A DNA stretch of 64,000 bases from contig JBECUI020000029.1 of the NCBI GenBank assembly GCA_040954595.2, positions 248,001-312,000 of the forward strand, written 5' to 3'. The DNA is from Balanoglossus misakiensis. Taxonomy: Eukaryota > Animalia > Hemichordata. This document shows positions 8,560 to 23,500 of the stretch, in pieces (position 1 is the first letter of the stretch; the number at the start of each line of letters is the position of its first letter). Position numbers and translations under genes: made by a program. The notes under the pieces are model-generated. The model was not told the DNA's origin. It made no database searches and saw nothing but the letters and a program-made list of their open reading frames with translations.

Positions 8560-11500
8560 GATCTTACGTGCCATTGGAGAGCTCCATTGACTGGTCATTC
8601 ATACTGTTTTCATTCATTCATTGCGGCATCAATATATTTTATCTATTCTAGCCAAAGAGCTTGGCACCTGTTGAAATGAACTCATCTGCTGTGGGCCAGT
8701 TTATTGGTGGCAGTTGAGCTGAGGAGAGCACCTTCCTTCCCGGCACGCCACCAAGTAAAGTTCCACGCCGCCCACCACAGATGCCAGCATTCATTCATGC
8801 GAGTGAGTGTAATTGCAAATTTGCCTATTCTAGATCTGTAATGGAAATGGAGAAAGTACCTTATATTTTCTGTAAAATAGACATTTAATTGGCAAGCCGT
8901 CCTGCATCAATTATTAATTGTGTACATGCACTAAAGCGCCCTCACTGCTGGGTGTGTTGTATGGTCTTTAACCCTGTTTCAAATTAGAGTACTTTCTGCA
9001 ATTTCAAGACAGATCTTACGTGCCATTGGAGAGCTCCATTGACTGGTCATTCATACTGTTTTCATTCATTCATTGCGGCATCAATATATTTTATCTATTC
9101 TAGCCAAAGAGCTTGGCACCTGTTGAAATGAACTCATCTGCTGTGGGCCAGTTTATTGGTGGCAGTTGAGCTGAGGAGAGCACCTTCCTTCCCGGCACGC
9201 CACCAAGTAAAGTTCCACGCCGCCCACCACAGATGCCAGCATTCATTCATGCGAGTGAGTGTAATTGCAAATTTGCCTATTCTAGATCTGTAATGGAAAT
9301 GGAGAAAGTACCTTATATTTTCTGTAAAATAGACATTTAATTGGCAAGCCGTCCTGCATCAATTATTAATTGTGTACATGCACTAAAGCGCCCTCACTGC
9401 TGGGTGTGTTGTATGGTCTTTAACCCTGTTTCAAATTAGAGTACTTTCTGCAATTTCAAGACAGATCTTACGTGCCATTGGAGAGCTCCATTGACTGGTC
9501 ATTCATACTGTTTTCATTCATTCATTGCGGCATCAATATATTTTATCTATTCTAGCCAAAGAGCTTGGCACCTGTTGAAATGAACTCATCTGCTGTGGGC
9601 CAGTTTATTGGTGGCAGTTGAGCTGAGGAGAGCACCTTCTTTCCCGGCACGCCACCAAGTAAAGTTCCACGCCGCCCACCACAGATGCCAGCATTCATTC
9701 ATGCGAGTGAGTGTAATTGCAAATTTGCCTATTCTAGATCTGTAATGGAAATGGAGAAAGTACCTTATATTTTCTGTAAAATAGACATTTAATTGGCAAG
9801 CCGTCCTGCATCAATTATTAATTGTGTACATGCACTAAAGCGCCCTCACTGCTGGGTGTGTTGTATGGTCTTTAACCCTGTTTCAAATTAGAGTACTTTC
9901 TGCAATTTCAAGACAGATCTTACGTGCCATTGGAGAGCTCCATTGACTGGTCATTCATACTGTTTTCATTCATTCATTGCGGCATCAATATATTTTATCT
10001 ATTCTAGCCAAAGAGCTTGGCACCTGTTGAAATGAACTCATCTGCTGTGGGCCAGTTTATTGGTGGCAGTTGAGCTGAGGAGAGCACCTTCCTTCCCGGC
10101 ACGCCACCAAGTAAAGTTCCACGCCGCCCACCACAGATGCCAGCATTCATTCATGCGAGTGAGTGTAATTGCAAATTTGCCTATTCTAGATCTGTAATGG
10201 AAATGGAGAAAGTACCTTATATTTTCTGTAAAATAGACATTTAATTGGCAAGCCGTCCTGCATCAATTATTAATTGTGTACATGCACTAAAGCGCCCTCA
10301 CTGCTGGGTGTGTTGTATGGTCTTTAACCCTGTTTCAAATTAGAGTACTTTCTGCAATTTCAAGACAGATCTTACGTGCCATTGGAGAGCTCCATTGACT
10401 GGTCATTCATACTGTTTTCATTCATTCATTGCGGCATCAATATATTTTATCTATTCTAGCCAAAGAGCTTGGCACCTGTTGAAATGAACTCATCTGCTGT
10501 GGGCCAGTTTATTGGTGGCAGTTGAGCTGAGGAGAGCACCTTCCTTCCCGGCACGCCACCAAGTAAAGTTCCACGCCGCCCACCACAGATGCCAGCATTC
10601 ATTCATGCGAGTGAGTGTAATTGCAAATTTGCCTATTCTAGAATTCTTACGTGCCATTGGAGAGCTCCATTGACTGGTCATTCATACTGTTTTCATTCAT
10701 TCATTGCGGCATCAATATATTTTATCTATTCTAGCCAAAGAGCTTGGCACCTGTTGAAATGAACTCATCTGCTGTGGGCCAGTTTATTGGTGGCAGTTGA
10801 GCTGAGGAGAGCACCTTCCTTCCCGGCACGCCACCAAGTAAAGTTCCACGCCGCCCACCACAGATGCCAGCATTCATTCATGCGAGTGAGTGTAATTGCA
10901 AATTTGCCTATTCTAGATCTGTAATGGAAATGGAGAAAGTACCTTATATTTTCTGTAAAATAGACATTTAATTGGCAAGCCGTCCTGCATCAATTATTAA
11001 TTGTGTACATGCACTAAAGCGCCCTCACTGCTGGGTGTGTTGTATGGTCTTTAACCCTGTTTCAAATTAGAGTACTTTCTGCAATTTCAAGACAGATCTT
11101 ACGTGCCATTGGAGAGCTCCATTGACTGGTCATTCATACTGTTTTCATTCATTCATTGCGGCATCAATATATTTTATCTATTCTAGCCAAAGAGCTTGGC
11201 ACCTGTTGAAATGAACTCATCTGCTGTGGGCCAGTTTATTGGTGGCAGTTGAGCTGAGGAGAGCACCTTCTTTCCCGGCACGCCACCAAGTAAAGTTCCA
11301 CGCCGCCCACCACAGATGCCAGCATTCATTCATGCGAGTGAGTGTAATTGCAAATTTGCCTATTCTAGAATCTTACGTGCCATTGGAGAGCTCCATTGAC
11401 TGGTCATTCATACTGTTTTCATTCATTCATTGCGGCATCAATATATTTTATCTATTCTAGCCAAAGAGCTTGGCACCTGTTGAAATGAACTCATCTGCTG

Positions 11501-14500
11501 TGGGCCAGTTTATTGGTGGCAGTTGAGCTGAGGAGAGCACCTTCTTTCCCGGCACGCCACCAAGTAAAGTTCCACGCCGCCCACCACAGATGCCAGCATT
11601 CATTCATGCGAGTGAGTGTAATTGCAAATTTGCCTATTTACGTGCCATTGGAGAGCTCCATTGACTGGTCATTCATACTGTTTTCATTCATTCATTGCGG
11701 CATCAATATATTTTATCTATTCTAGCCAAAGAGCTTGGCACCTGTTGAAATGAACTCATCTGCTGTGGGCCAGTTTATTGGTGGCAGTTGAGCTGAGGAG
11801 AGCACCTTCCTTCCCGGCACGCCACCAAGTAAAGTTCCACGCCGCCCACCACAGATGCCAGCATTCATTCATGCGAGTGAGTGTAATTGCAAATTTGCCT
11901 ATTCTAGATCTGTAATGGAAATGGAGAAAGTACCTTATATTTTCTGTAAAATAGACATTTAATTGGCAAGCCGTCCTGCATCAATTATTAATTGTGTACA
12001 TGCACTAAAGCGCCCTCACTGCTGGGTGTGTTGTATGGTCTTTAACCCTGTTTCAAATTAGAGTACTTTCTGCAATTTCAAGACAGATCTTACGTGCCAT
12101 TGGAGAGCTCCATTGACTGGTCATTCATACTGTTTTCATTCATTCATTGCGGCATCAATATATTTTATCTATTCTAGCCAAAGAGCTTGGCACCTGTTGA
12201 AATGAACTCATCTGCTGTGGGCCAGTTTATTGGTGGCAGTTGAGCTGAGGAGAGCACCTTCTTTCCCGGCACGCCACCAAGTAAAGTTCCACGCCGCCCA
12301 CCACAGATGCCAGCATTCATTCATGCGAGTGAGTGTAATTGCAAATTTGCCTATTCTAGAATCTTACGTGCCATTGGAGAGCTCCATTGACTGGTCATTC
12401 ATACTGTTTTCATTTATTCATTGCGGCATCAATATATTTTATCTATTCTAGCCAAAGAGCTTGGCACCTGTTGAAATGAACTCATCTGCTGTGGGCCAGT
12501 TTATTGGTGGCAGTTGAGCTGAGGAGAGCACCTTCTTTCCCGGCACGCCACCAAGTAAAGTTCCACGCCGCCCACCACAGATGCCAGCATTCATTCATGC
12601 GAGTGAGTGTAATTGCAAATTTGCCTATTCTAGAATCTTACGTGCCATTGGAGAGCTCCATTGACTGGTCATTCATACTGTTTTCATTCATTCATTGCAG
12701 CATCAATATATTTTATCTATTCTAGCCAAAGAGCTTGGCACCTGTTGAAATGAACTCATCTGCTGTGGGCCAGTTTATTGGTGGCAGTTGAGCTGAGGAG
12801 AGCACCTTCCTTCCCGGCACGCCACCAAGTAAAGTTCCACGCCGCCCACCACAGATGCCAGCATTCATTCATGCGAGTGAGTGTAATTGCAAATTTGCCT
12901 ATTCTAGAATCTTACGTGCCATTGGAGAGCTCCATTGACTGGTCATTCATACTGTTTTCATTCATTCATTGCGGCATCAATATATTTTATCTATTCTAGC
13001 CAAAGAGCTTGGCACCTGTTGAAATGAACTCATCTGCTGTGGGCCAGTTTATTGGTGGCAGTTGAGCTGAGGAGAGCACCTTCCTTCCCGGCACGCCACC
13101 AAGTAAAGTTCCACGCCGCCCACCACAGATGCCAGCATTCATTCATGCGAGTGAGTGTAATTGCAAATTTGCCTATTCTAGAATCTTACGTGCCATTGGA
13201 GAGCTCCATTGACTGGTCATTCATACTGTTTTCATTCATTCATTGCGGCATCAATATATTTTATCTATTCTAGCCGAAGAGCTTGGCACCTGTTGAAATG
13301 AACTCATCTGCTGTGGGCCAGTTTATTGGTGGCAGTTGAGCTGAGGAGAGCACCTTCCTTCCCGGCACGCCACCAAGTAAAGTTCCACGCCGCCCACCAC
13401 AGATGCCAGCATTCATTCATGCGAGTGAGTGTAATTGCAAATTTGCCTATTCTAGATCTGTAATGGAAATGGAGAAAGTACCTTATATTTTCTGTAAAAT
13501 AGACATTTAATTGGCAAGCCGTCCTGCATCAATTATTAATTGTGTACATGCACTAAAGCGCCCTCACTGCTGGGTGTGTTGTATGGTCTTTAACCCTGTT
13601 TCAAATTAGAGTACTTTCTGCAATTTCAAGACAGATCTTACGTGCCATTGGAGAGCTCCATTGACTGGTCATTCATACTGTTTTCATTCATTCATTGCGG
13701 CATCAATATATTTTATCTATTCTAGCCAAAGAGCTTGGCACCTGTTGAAATGAACTCATCTGCTGTGGGCCAGTTTATTGGTGGCAGTTGAGCTGAGGAG
13801 AGCACCTTCCTTCCCGGCACGCCACCAAGTAAAGTTCCACGCCGCCCACCACAGATGCCAGCATTCATTCATGCGAGTGAGTGTAATTGCAAATTTGCCT
13901 ATTCTAGATTCTTACGTGCCATTGGAGAGCTCCATTGACTGGTCATTCATACTGTTTTCATTCATTCATTGCGGCATCAATATATTTTATCTATTCTAGC
14001 CAAAGAGCTTGGCACCTGTTGAAATGAACTCATCTGCTGTGGGCCAGTTTATTGGTGGCAGTTGAGCTGAGGAGAGCACCTTCCTTCCCGGCACGCCACC
14101 AAGTAAAGTTCCACGCCGCCCACCACAGATGCCAGCATTCATTCATGCGAGTGAGTGTAATTGCAAATTTGCCTATTCTAGAATCTTACGTGCCATTGGA
14201 GAGCTCCATTGACTGGTCATTCATACTGTTTTCATTCATTCATTGCGGCATCAATATATTTTATCTATTCTAGCCAAAGAGCTTGGCACCTGTTGAAATG
14301 AACTCATCTGCTGTGGGCCAGTTTATTGGTGGCAGTTGAGCTGAGGAGAGCACCTTCCTTCCCGGCACGCCACCAAGTAAAGTTCCACGCCGCCCACCAC
14401 AGATGCCAGCATTCATTCATGCGAGTGAGTGTAATTGCAAATTTGCCTATTCTAGATCTGTAATGGAAATGGAGAAAGTACCTTATATTTTCTGTAAAAT

Positions 14501-17500
14501 AGACATTTAATTGGCAAGCCGTCCTGCATCAATTATTAATTGTGTACATGCACTAAAGCGCCCTCACTGCTGGGTGTGTTGTATGGTCTTTAACCCTGTT
14601 TCAAATTAGAGTACTTTCTGCAATTTCAAGACAGATCTTACGTGCCATTGGAGAGCTCCATTGACTGGTCATTCATACTGTTTTCATTCATTCATTGCGG
14701 CATCAATATATTTTATCTATTCTAGCCAAAGAGCTTGGCACCTGTTGAAATGAACTCATCTGCTGTGGGCCAGTTTATTGGTGGCAGTTGAGCTGAGGAG
14801 AGCACCTTCCTTCCCGGCACGCCACCAAGTAAAGTTCCACGCCGCCCACCACAGATGCCAGCATTCATTCATGCGAGTGAGTGTAATTGCAAATTTGCCT
14901 ATTCTAGATCTGTAATGGAAATGGAGAAAGTACCTTATATTTTCTGTAAAATAGACATTTAATTGGCAAGCCGTCCTGCATCAATTATTAATTGTGTACA
15001 TGCACTAAAGCGCCCTCACTGCTGGGTGTGTTGTATGGTCTTTAACCCTGTTTCAAATTAGAGTACTTTCTGCAATTTCAAGACAGATCTTACGTGCCAT
15101 TGGAGAGCTCCATTGACTGGTCATTCATACTGTTTTCATTCATTCATTGCGGCATCAATATATTTTATCTATTCTAGCCAAAGAGCTTGGCACCTGTTGA
15201 AATGAACTCATCTGCTGTGGGCCAGTTTATTGGTGGCAGTTGAGCTGAGGAGAGCACCTTCCTTCCCGGCACGCCACCAAGTAAAGTTCCACGCCGCCCA
15301 CCACAGATGCCAGCATTCATTCATGCGAGTGAGTGTAATTGCAAATTTGCCTATTCTAGATCTGTAATGGAAATGGAGAAAGTACCTTATATTTTCTGTA
15401 AAATAGACATTTAATTGGCAAGCCGTCCTGCATCAATTATTAATTGTGTACATGCACTAAAGCGCCCTCACTGCTGGGTGTGTTGTATGGTCTTTAACCC
15501 TGTTTCAAATTAGAGTACTTTCTGCAATTTCAAGACAGATCTTACGTGCCATTGGAGAGCTCCATTGACTGGTCATTCATACTGTTTTCATTCATTCATT
15601 GCGGCATCAATATATTTTATCTATTCTAGCCAAAGAGCTTGGCACCTGTTGAAATGAACTCATCTGCTGTGGGCCAGTTTATTGGTGGCAGTTGAGCTGA
15701 GGAGAGCACCTTCCTTCCCGGCACGCCACCAAGTAAAGTTCCACGCCGCCCACCACAGATGCCAGCATTCATTCATGCGAGTGAGTGTAATTGCAAATTT
15801 GCCTATTCTAGATCTGTAATGGAAATGGAGAAAGTACCTTATATTTTCTGTAAAATAGACATTTAATTGGCAAGCCGTCCTGCATCAATTATTAATTGTG
15901 TACATGCACTAAAGCGCCCTCACTGCTGGGTGTGTTGTATGGTCTTTAACCCTGTTTCAAATTAGAGTACTTTCTGCAATTTCAAGACAGATCTTACGTG
16001 CCATTGGAGAGCTCCATTGACTGGTCATTCATACTGTTTTCATTCATTCATTGCGGCATCAATATATTTTATCTATTCTAGCCAAAGAGCTTGGCACCTG
16101 TTGAAATGAACTCATCTGCTGTGGGCCAGTTTATTGGTGGCAGTTGAGCTGAGGAGAGCACCTTCTTTCCCGGCACGCCACCAAGTAAAGTTCCACGCCG
16201 CCCACCACAGATGCCAGCATTCATTCATGCGAGTGAGTGTAATTGCAAATTTGCCTATTCTAGATCTGTAATGGAAATGGAGAAAGTACCTTATATTTTC
16301 TGTAAAATAGACATTTAATTGGCAAGCCGTCCTGCATCAATTATTAATTGTGTACATGCACTAAAGCGCCCTCACTGCTGGGTGTGTTGTATGGTCTTTA
16401 ACCCTGTTTCAAATTAGAGTACTTTCTGCAATTTCAAGACAGATCTTACGTGCCATTGGAGAGCTCCATTGACTGGTCATTCATACTGTTTTCATTCATT
16501 CATTGCGGCATCAATATATTTTATCTATTCTAGCCAAAGAGCTTGGCACCTGTTGAAATGAACTCATCTGCTGTGGGCCAGTTTATTGGTGGCAGTTGAG
16601 CTGAGGAGAGCACCTTCCTTCCCGGCACGCCACCAAGTAAAGTTCCACGCCGCCCACCACAGATGCCAGCATTCATTCATGCGAGTGAGTGTAATTGCAA
16701 ATTTGCCTATTCTAGATCTGTAATGGAAATGGAGAAAGTACCTTATATTTTCTGTAAAATAGACATTTAATTGGCAAGCCGTCCTGCATCAATTATTAAT
16801 TGTGTACATGCACTAAAGCGCCCTCACTGCTGGGTGTGTTGTATGGTCTTTAACCCTGTTTCAAATTAGAGTACTTTCTGCAATTTCAAGACAGATCTTA
16901 CGTGCCATTGGAGAGCTCCATTGACTGGTCATTCATACTGTTTTCATTCATTCATTGCGGCATCAATATATTTTATCTATTCTAGCCAAAGAGCTTGGCA
17001 CCTGTTGAAATGAACTCATCTGCTGTGGGCCAGTTTATTGGTGGCAGTTGAGCTGAGGAGAGCACCTTCCTTCCCGGCACGCCACCAAGTAAAGTTCCAC
17101 GCCGCCCACCACAGATGCCAGCATTCATTCATGCGAGTGAGTGTAATTGCAAATTTGCCTATTCTAGAATTCTTACGTGCCATTGGAGAGCTCCATTGAC
17201 TGGTCATTCATACTGTTTTCATTCATTCATTGCGGCATCAATATATTTTATCTATTCTAGCCAAAGAGCTTGGCACCTGTTGAAATGAACTCATCTGCTG
17301 TGGGCCAGTTTATTGGTGGCAGTTGAGCTGAGGAGAGCACCTTCCTTCCCGGCACGCCACCAAGTAAAGTTCCACGCCGCCCACCACAGATGCCAGCATT
17401 CATTCATGCGAGTGAGTGTAATTGCAAATTTGCCTATTCTAGATCTGTAATGGAAATGGAGAAAGTACCTTATATTTTCTGTAAAATAGACATTTAATTG

Positions 17501-20500
17501 GCAAGCCGTCCTGCATCAATTATTAATTGTGTACATGCACTAAAGCGCCCTCACTGCTGGGTGTGTTGTATGGTCTTTAACCCTGTTTCAAATTAGAGTA
17601 CTTTCTGCAATTTCAAGACAGATCTTACGTGCCATTGGAGAGCTCCATTGACTGGTCATTCATACTGTTTTCATTCATTCATTGCGGCATCAATATATTT
17701 TATCTATTCTAGCCAAAGAGCTTGGCACCTGTTGAAATGAACTCATCTGCTGTGGGCCAGTTTATTGGTGGCAGTTGAGCTGAGGAGAGCACCTTCTTTC
17801 CCGGCACGCCACCAAGTAAAGTTCCACGCCGCCCACCACAGATGCCAGCATTCATTCATGCGAGTGAGTGTAATTGCAAATTTGCCTATTCTAGAATCTT
17901 ACGTGCCATTGGAGAGCTCCATTGACTGGTCATTCATACTGTTTTCATTCATTCATTGCGGCATCAATATATTTTATCTATTCTAGCCAAAGAGCTTGGC
18001 ACCTGTTGAAATGAACTCATCTGCTGTGGGCCAGTTTATTGGTGGCAGTTGAGCTGAGGAGAGCACCTTCTTTCCCGGCACGCCACCAAGTAAAGTTCCA
18101 CGCCGCCCACCACAGATGCCAGCATTCATTCATGCGAGTGAGTGTAATTGCAAATTTGCCTATTTACGTGCCATTGGAGAGCTCCATTGACTGGTCATTC
18201 ATACTGTTTTCATTCATTCATTGCGGCATCAATATATTTTATCTATTCTAGCCAAAGAGCTTGGCACCTGTTGAAATGAACTCATCTGCTGTGGGCCAGT
18301 TTATTGGTGGCAGTTGAGCTGAGGAGAGCACCTTCCTTCCCGGCACGCCACCAAGTAAAGTTCCACGCCGCCCACCACAGATGCCAGCATTCATTCATGC
18401 GAGTGAGTGTAATTGCAAATTTGCCTATTCTAGATCTGTAATGGAAATGGAGAAAGTACCTTATATTTTCTGTAAAATAGACATTTAATTGGCAAGCCGT
18501 CCTGCATCAATTATTAATTGTGTACATGCACTAAAGCGCCCTCACTGCTGGGTGTGTTGTATGGTCTTTAACCCTGTTTCAAATTAGAGTACTTTCTGCA
18601 ATTTCAAGACAGATCTTACGTGCCATTGGAGAGCTCCATTGACTGGTCATTCATACTGTTTTCATTCATTCATTGCGGCATCAATATATTTTATCTATTC
18701 TAGCCAAAGAGCTTGGCACCTGTTGAAATGAACTCATCTGCTGTGGGCCAGTTTATTGGTGGCAGTTGAGCTGAGGAGAGCACCTTCTTTCCCGGCACGC
18801 CACCAAGTAAAGTTCCACGCCGCCCACCACAGATGCCAGCATTCATTCATGCGAGTGAGTGTAATTGCAAATTTGCCTATTCTAGAATCTTACGTGCCAT
18901 TGGAGAGCTCCATTGACTGGTCATTCATACTGTTTTCATTTATTCATTGCGGCATCAATATATTTTATCTATTCTAGCCAAAGAGCTTGGCACCTGTTGA
19001 AATGAACTCATCTGCTGTGGGCCAGTTTATTGGTGGCAGTTGAGCTGAGGAGAGCACCTTCTTTCCCGGCACGCCACCAAGTAAAGTTCCACGCCGCCCA
19101 CCACAGATGCCAGCATTCATTCATGCGAGTGAGTGTAATTGCAAATTTGCCTATTCTAGAATCTTACGTGCCATTGGAGAGCTCCATTGACTGGTCATTC
19201 ATACTGTTTTCATTCATTCATTGCAGCATCAATATATTTTATCTATTCTAGCCAAAGAGCTTGGCACCTGTTGAAATGAACTCATCTGCTGTGGGCCAGT
19301 TTATTGGTGGCAGTTGAGCTGAGGAGAGCACCTTCCTTCCCGGCACGCCACCAAGTAAAGTTCCACGCCGCCCACCACAGATGCCAGCATTCATTCATGC
19401 GAGTGAGTGTAATTGCAAATTTGCCTATTCTAGAATCTTACGTGCCATTGGAGAGCTCCATTGACTGGTCATTCATACTGTTTTCATTCATTCATTGCGG
19501 CATCAATATATTTTATCTATTCTAGCCAAAGAGCTTGGCACCTGTTGAAATGAACTCATCTGCTGTGGGCCAGTTTATTGGTGGCAGTTGAGCTGAGGAG
19601 AGCACCTTCCTTCCCGGCACGCCACCAAGTAAAGTTCCACGCCGCCCACCACAGATGCCAGCATTCATTCATGCGAGTGAGTGTAATTGCAAATTTGCCT
19701 ATTCTAGAATCTTACGTGCCATTGGAGAGCTCCATTGACTGGTCATTCATACTGTTTTCATTCATTCATTGCGGCATCAATATATTTTATCTATTCTAGC
19801 CGAAGAGCTTGGCACCTGTTGAAATGAACTCATCTGCTGTGGGCCAGTTTATTGGTGGCAGTTGAGCTGAGGAGAGCACCTTCCTTCCCGGCACGCCACC
19901 AAGTAAAGTTCCACGCCGCCCACCACAGATGCCAGCATTCATTCATGCGAGTGAGTGTAATTGCAAATTTGCCTATTCTAGATCTGTAATGGAAATGGAG
20001 AAAGTACCTTATATTTTCTGTAAAATAGACATTTAATTGGCAAGCCGTCCTGCATCAATTATTAATTGTGTACATGCACTAAAGCGCCCTCACTGCTGGG
20101 TGTGTTGTATGGTCTTTAACCCTGTTTCAAATTAGAGTACTTTCTGCAATTTCAAGACAGATCTTACGTGCCATTGGAGAGCTCCATTGACTGGTCATTC
20201 ATACTGTTTTCATTCATTCATTGCGGCATCAATATATTTTATCTATTCTAGCCAAAGAGCTTGGCACCTGTTGAAATGAACTCATCTGCTGTGGGCCAGT
20301 TTATTGGTGGCAGTTGAGCTGAGGAGAGCACCTTCCTTCCCGGCACGCCACCAAGTAAAGTTCCACGCCGCCCACCACAGATGCCAGCATTCATTCATGC
20401 GAGTGAGTGTAATTGCAAATTTGCCTATTCTAGATTCTTACGTGCCATTGGAGAGCTCCATTGACTGGTCATTCATACTGTTTTCATTCATTCATTGCGG

Positions 20501-23500
20501 CATCAATATATTTTATCTATTCTAGCCAAAGAGCTTGGCACCTGTTGAAATGAACTCATCTGCTGTGGGCCAGTTTATTGGTGGCAGTTGAGCTGAGGAG
20601 AGCACCTTCCTTCCCGGCACGCCACCAAGTAAAGTTCCACGCCGCCCACCACAGATGCCAGCATTCATTCATGCGAGTGAGTGTAATTGCAAATTTGCCT
20701 ATTCTAGAATCTTACGTGCCATTGGAGAGCTCCATTGACTGGTCATTCATACTGTTTTCATTCATTCATTGCGGCATCAATATATTTTATCTATTCTAGC
20801 CAAAGAGCTTGGCACCTGTTGAAATGAACTCATCTGCTGTGGGCCAGTTTATTGGTGGCAGTTGAGCTGAGGAGAGCACCTTCCTTCCCGGCACGCCACC
20901 AAGTAAAGTTCCACGCCGCCCACCACAGATGCCAGCATTCATTCATGCGAGTGAGTGTAATTGCAAATTTGCCTATTCTAGATCTGTAATGGAAATGGAG
21001 AAAGTACCTTATATTTTCTGTAAAATAGACATTTAATTGGCAAGCCGTCCTGCATCAATTATTAATTGTGTACATGCACTAAAGCGCCCTCACTGCTGGG
21101 TGTGTTGTATGGTCTTTAACCCTGTTTCAAATTAGAGTACTTTCTGCAATTTCAAGACAGATCTTACGTGCCATTGGAGAGCTCCATTGACTGGTCATTC
21201 ATACTGTTTTCATTCATTCATTGCGGCATCAATATATTTTATCTATTCTAGCCAAAGAGCTTGGCACCTGTTGAAATGAACTCATCTGCTGTGGGCCAGT
21301 TTATTGGTGGCAGTTGAGCTGAGGAGAGCACCTTCCTTCCCGGCACGCCACCAAGTAAAGTTCCACGCCGCCCACCACAGATGCCAGCATTCATTCATGC
21401 GAGTGAGTGTAATTGCAAATTTGCCTATTCTAGATCTGTAATGGAAATGGAGAAAGTACCTTATATTTTCTGTAAAATAGACATTTAATTGGCAAGCCGT
21501 CCTGCATCAATTATTAATTGTGTACATGCACTAAAGCGCCCTCACTGCTGGGTGTGTTGTATGGTCTTTAACCCTGTTTCAAATTAGAGTACTTTCTGCA
21601 ATTTCAAGACAGATCTTACGTGCCATTGGAGAGCTCCATTGACTGGTCATTCATACTGTTTTCATTCATTCATTGCGGCATCAATATATTTTATCTATTC
21701 TAGCCAAAGAGCTTGGCACCTGTTGAAATGAACTCATCTGCTGTGGGCCAGTTTATTGGTGGCAGTTGAGCTGAGGAGAGCACCTTCCTTCCCGGCACGC
21801 CACCAAGTAAAGTTCCACGCCGCCCACCACAGATGCCAGCATTCATTCATGCGAGTGAGTGTAATTGCAAATTTGCCTATTCTAGATCTGTAATGGAAAT
21901 GGAGAAAGTACCTTATATTTTCTGTAAAATAGACATTTAATTGGCAAGCCGTCCTGCATCAATTATTAATTGTGTACATGCACTAAAGCGCCCTCACTGC
22001 TGGGTGTGTTGTATGGTCTTTAACCCTGTTTCAAATTAGAGTACTTTCTGCAATTTCAAGACAGATCTTACGTGCCATTGGAGAGCTCCATTGACTGGTC
22101 ATTCATACTGTTTTCATTCATTCATTGCGGCATCAATATATTTTATCTATTCTAGCCAAAGAGCTTGGCACCTGTTGAAATGAACTCATCTGCTGTGGGC
22201 CAGTTTATTGGTGGCAGTTGAGCTGAGGAGAGCACCTTCCTTCCCGGCACGCCACCAAGTAAAGTTCCACGCCGCCCACCACAGATGCCAGCATTCATTC
22301 ATGCGAGTGAGTGTAATTGCAAATTTGCCTATTCTAGATCTGTAATGGAAATGGAGAAAGTACCTTATATTTTCTGTAAAATAGACATTTAATTGGCAAG
22401 CCGTCCTGCATCAATTATTAATTGTGTACATGCACTAAAGCGCCCTCACTGCTGGGTGTGTTGTATGGTCTTTAACCCTGTTTCAAATTAGAGTACTTTC
22501 TGCAATTTCAAGACAGATCTTACGTGCCATTGGAGAGCTCCATTGACTGGTCATTCATACTGTTTTCATTCATTCATTGCGGCATCAATATATTTTATCT
22601 ATTCTAGCCAAAGAGCTTGGCACCTGTTGAAATGAACTCATCTGCTGTGGGCCAGTTTATTGGTGGCAGTTGAGCTGAGGAGAGCACCTTCCTTCCCGGC
22701 ACGCCACCAAGTAAAGTTCCACGCCGCCCACCACAGATGCCAGCATTCATTCATGCGAGTGAGTGTAATTGCAAATTTGCCTATTCTAGATCTGTAATGG
22801 AAATGGAGAAAGTACCTTATATTTTCTGTAAAATAGACATTTAATTGGCAAGCCGTCCTGCATCAATTATTAATTGTGTACATGCACTAAAGCGCCCTCA
22901 CTGCTGGGTGTGTTGTATGGTCTTTAACCCTGTTTCAAATTAGAGTACTTTCTGCAATTTCAAGACAGATCTTACGTGCCATTGGAGAGCTCCATTGACT
23001 GGTCATTCATACTGTTTTCATTCATTCATTGCGGCATCAATATATTTTATCTATTCTAGCCAAAGAGCTTGGCACCTGTTGAAATGAACTCATCTGCTGT
23101 GGGCCAGTTTATTGGTGGCAGTTGAGCTGAGGAGAGCACCTTCCTTCCCGGCACGCCACCAAGTAAAGTTCCACGCCGCCCACCACAGATGCCAGCATTC
23201 ATTCATGCGAGTGAGTGTAATTGCAAATTTGCCTATTCTAGATCTGTAATGGAAATGGAGAAAGTACCTTATATTTTCTGTAAAATAGACATTTAATTGG
23301 CAAGCCGTCCTGCATCAATTATTAATTGTGTACATGCACTAAAGCGCCCTCACTGCTGGGTGTGTTGTATGGTCTTTAACCCTGTTTCAAATTAGAGTAC
23401 TTTCTGCAATTTCAAGACAGATCTTACGTGCCATTGGAGAGCTCCATTGACTGGTCATTCATACTGTTTTCATTCATTCATTGCGGCATCAATATATTTT

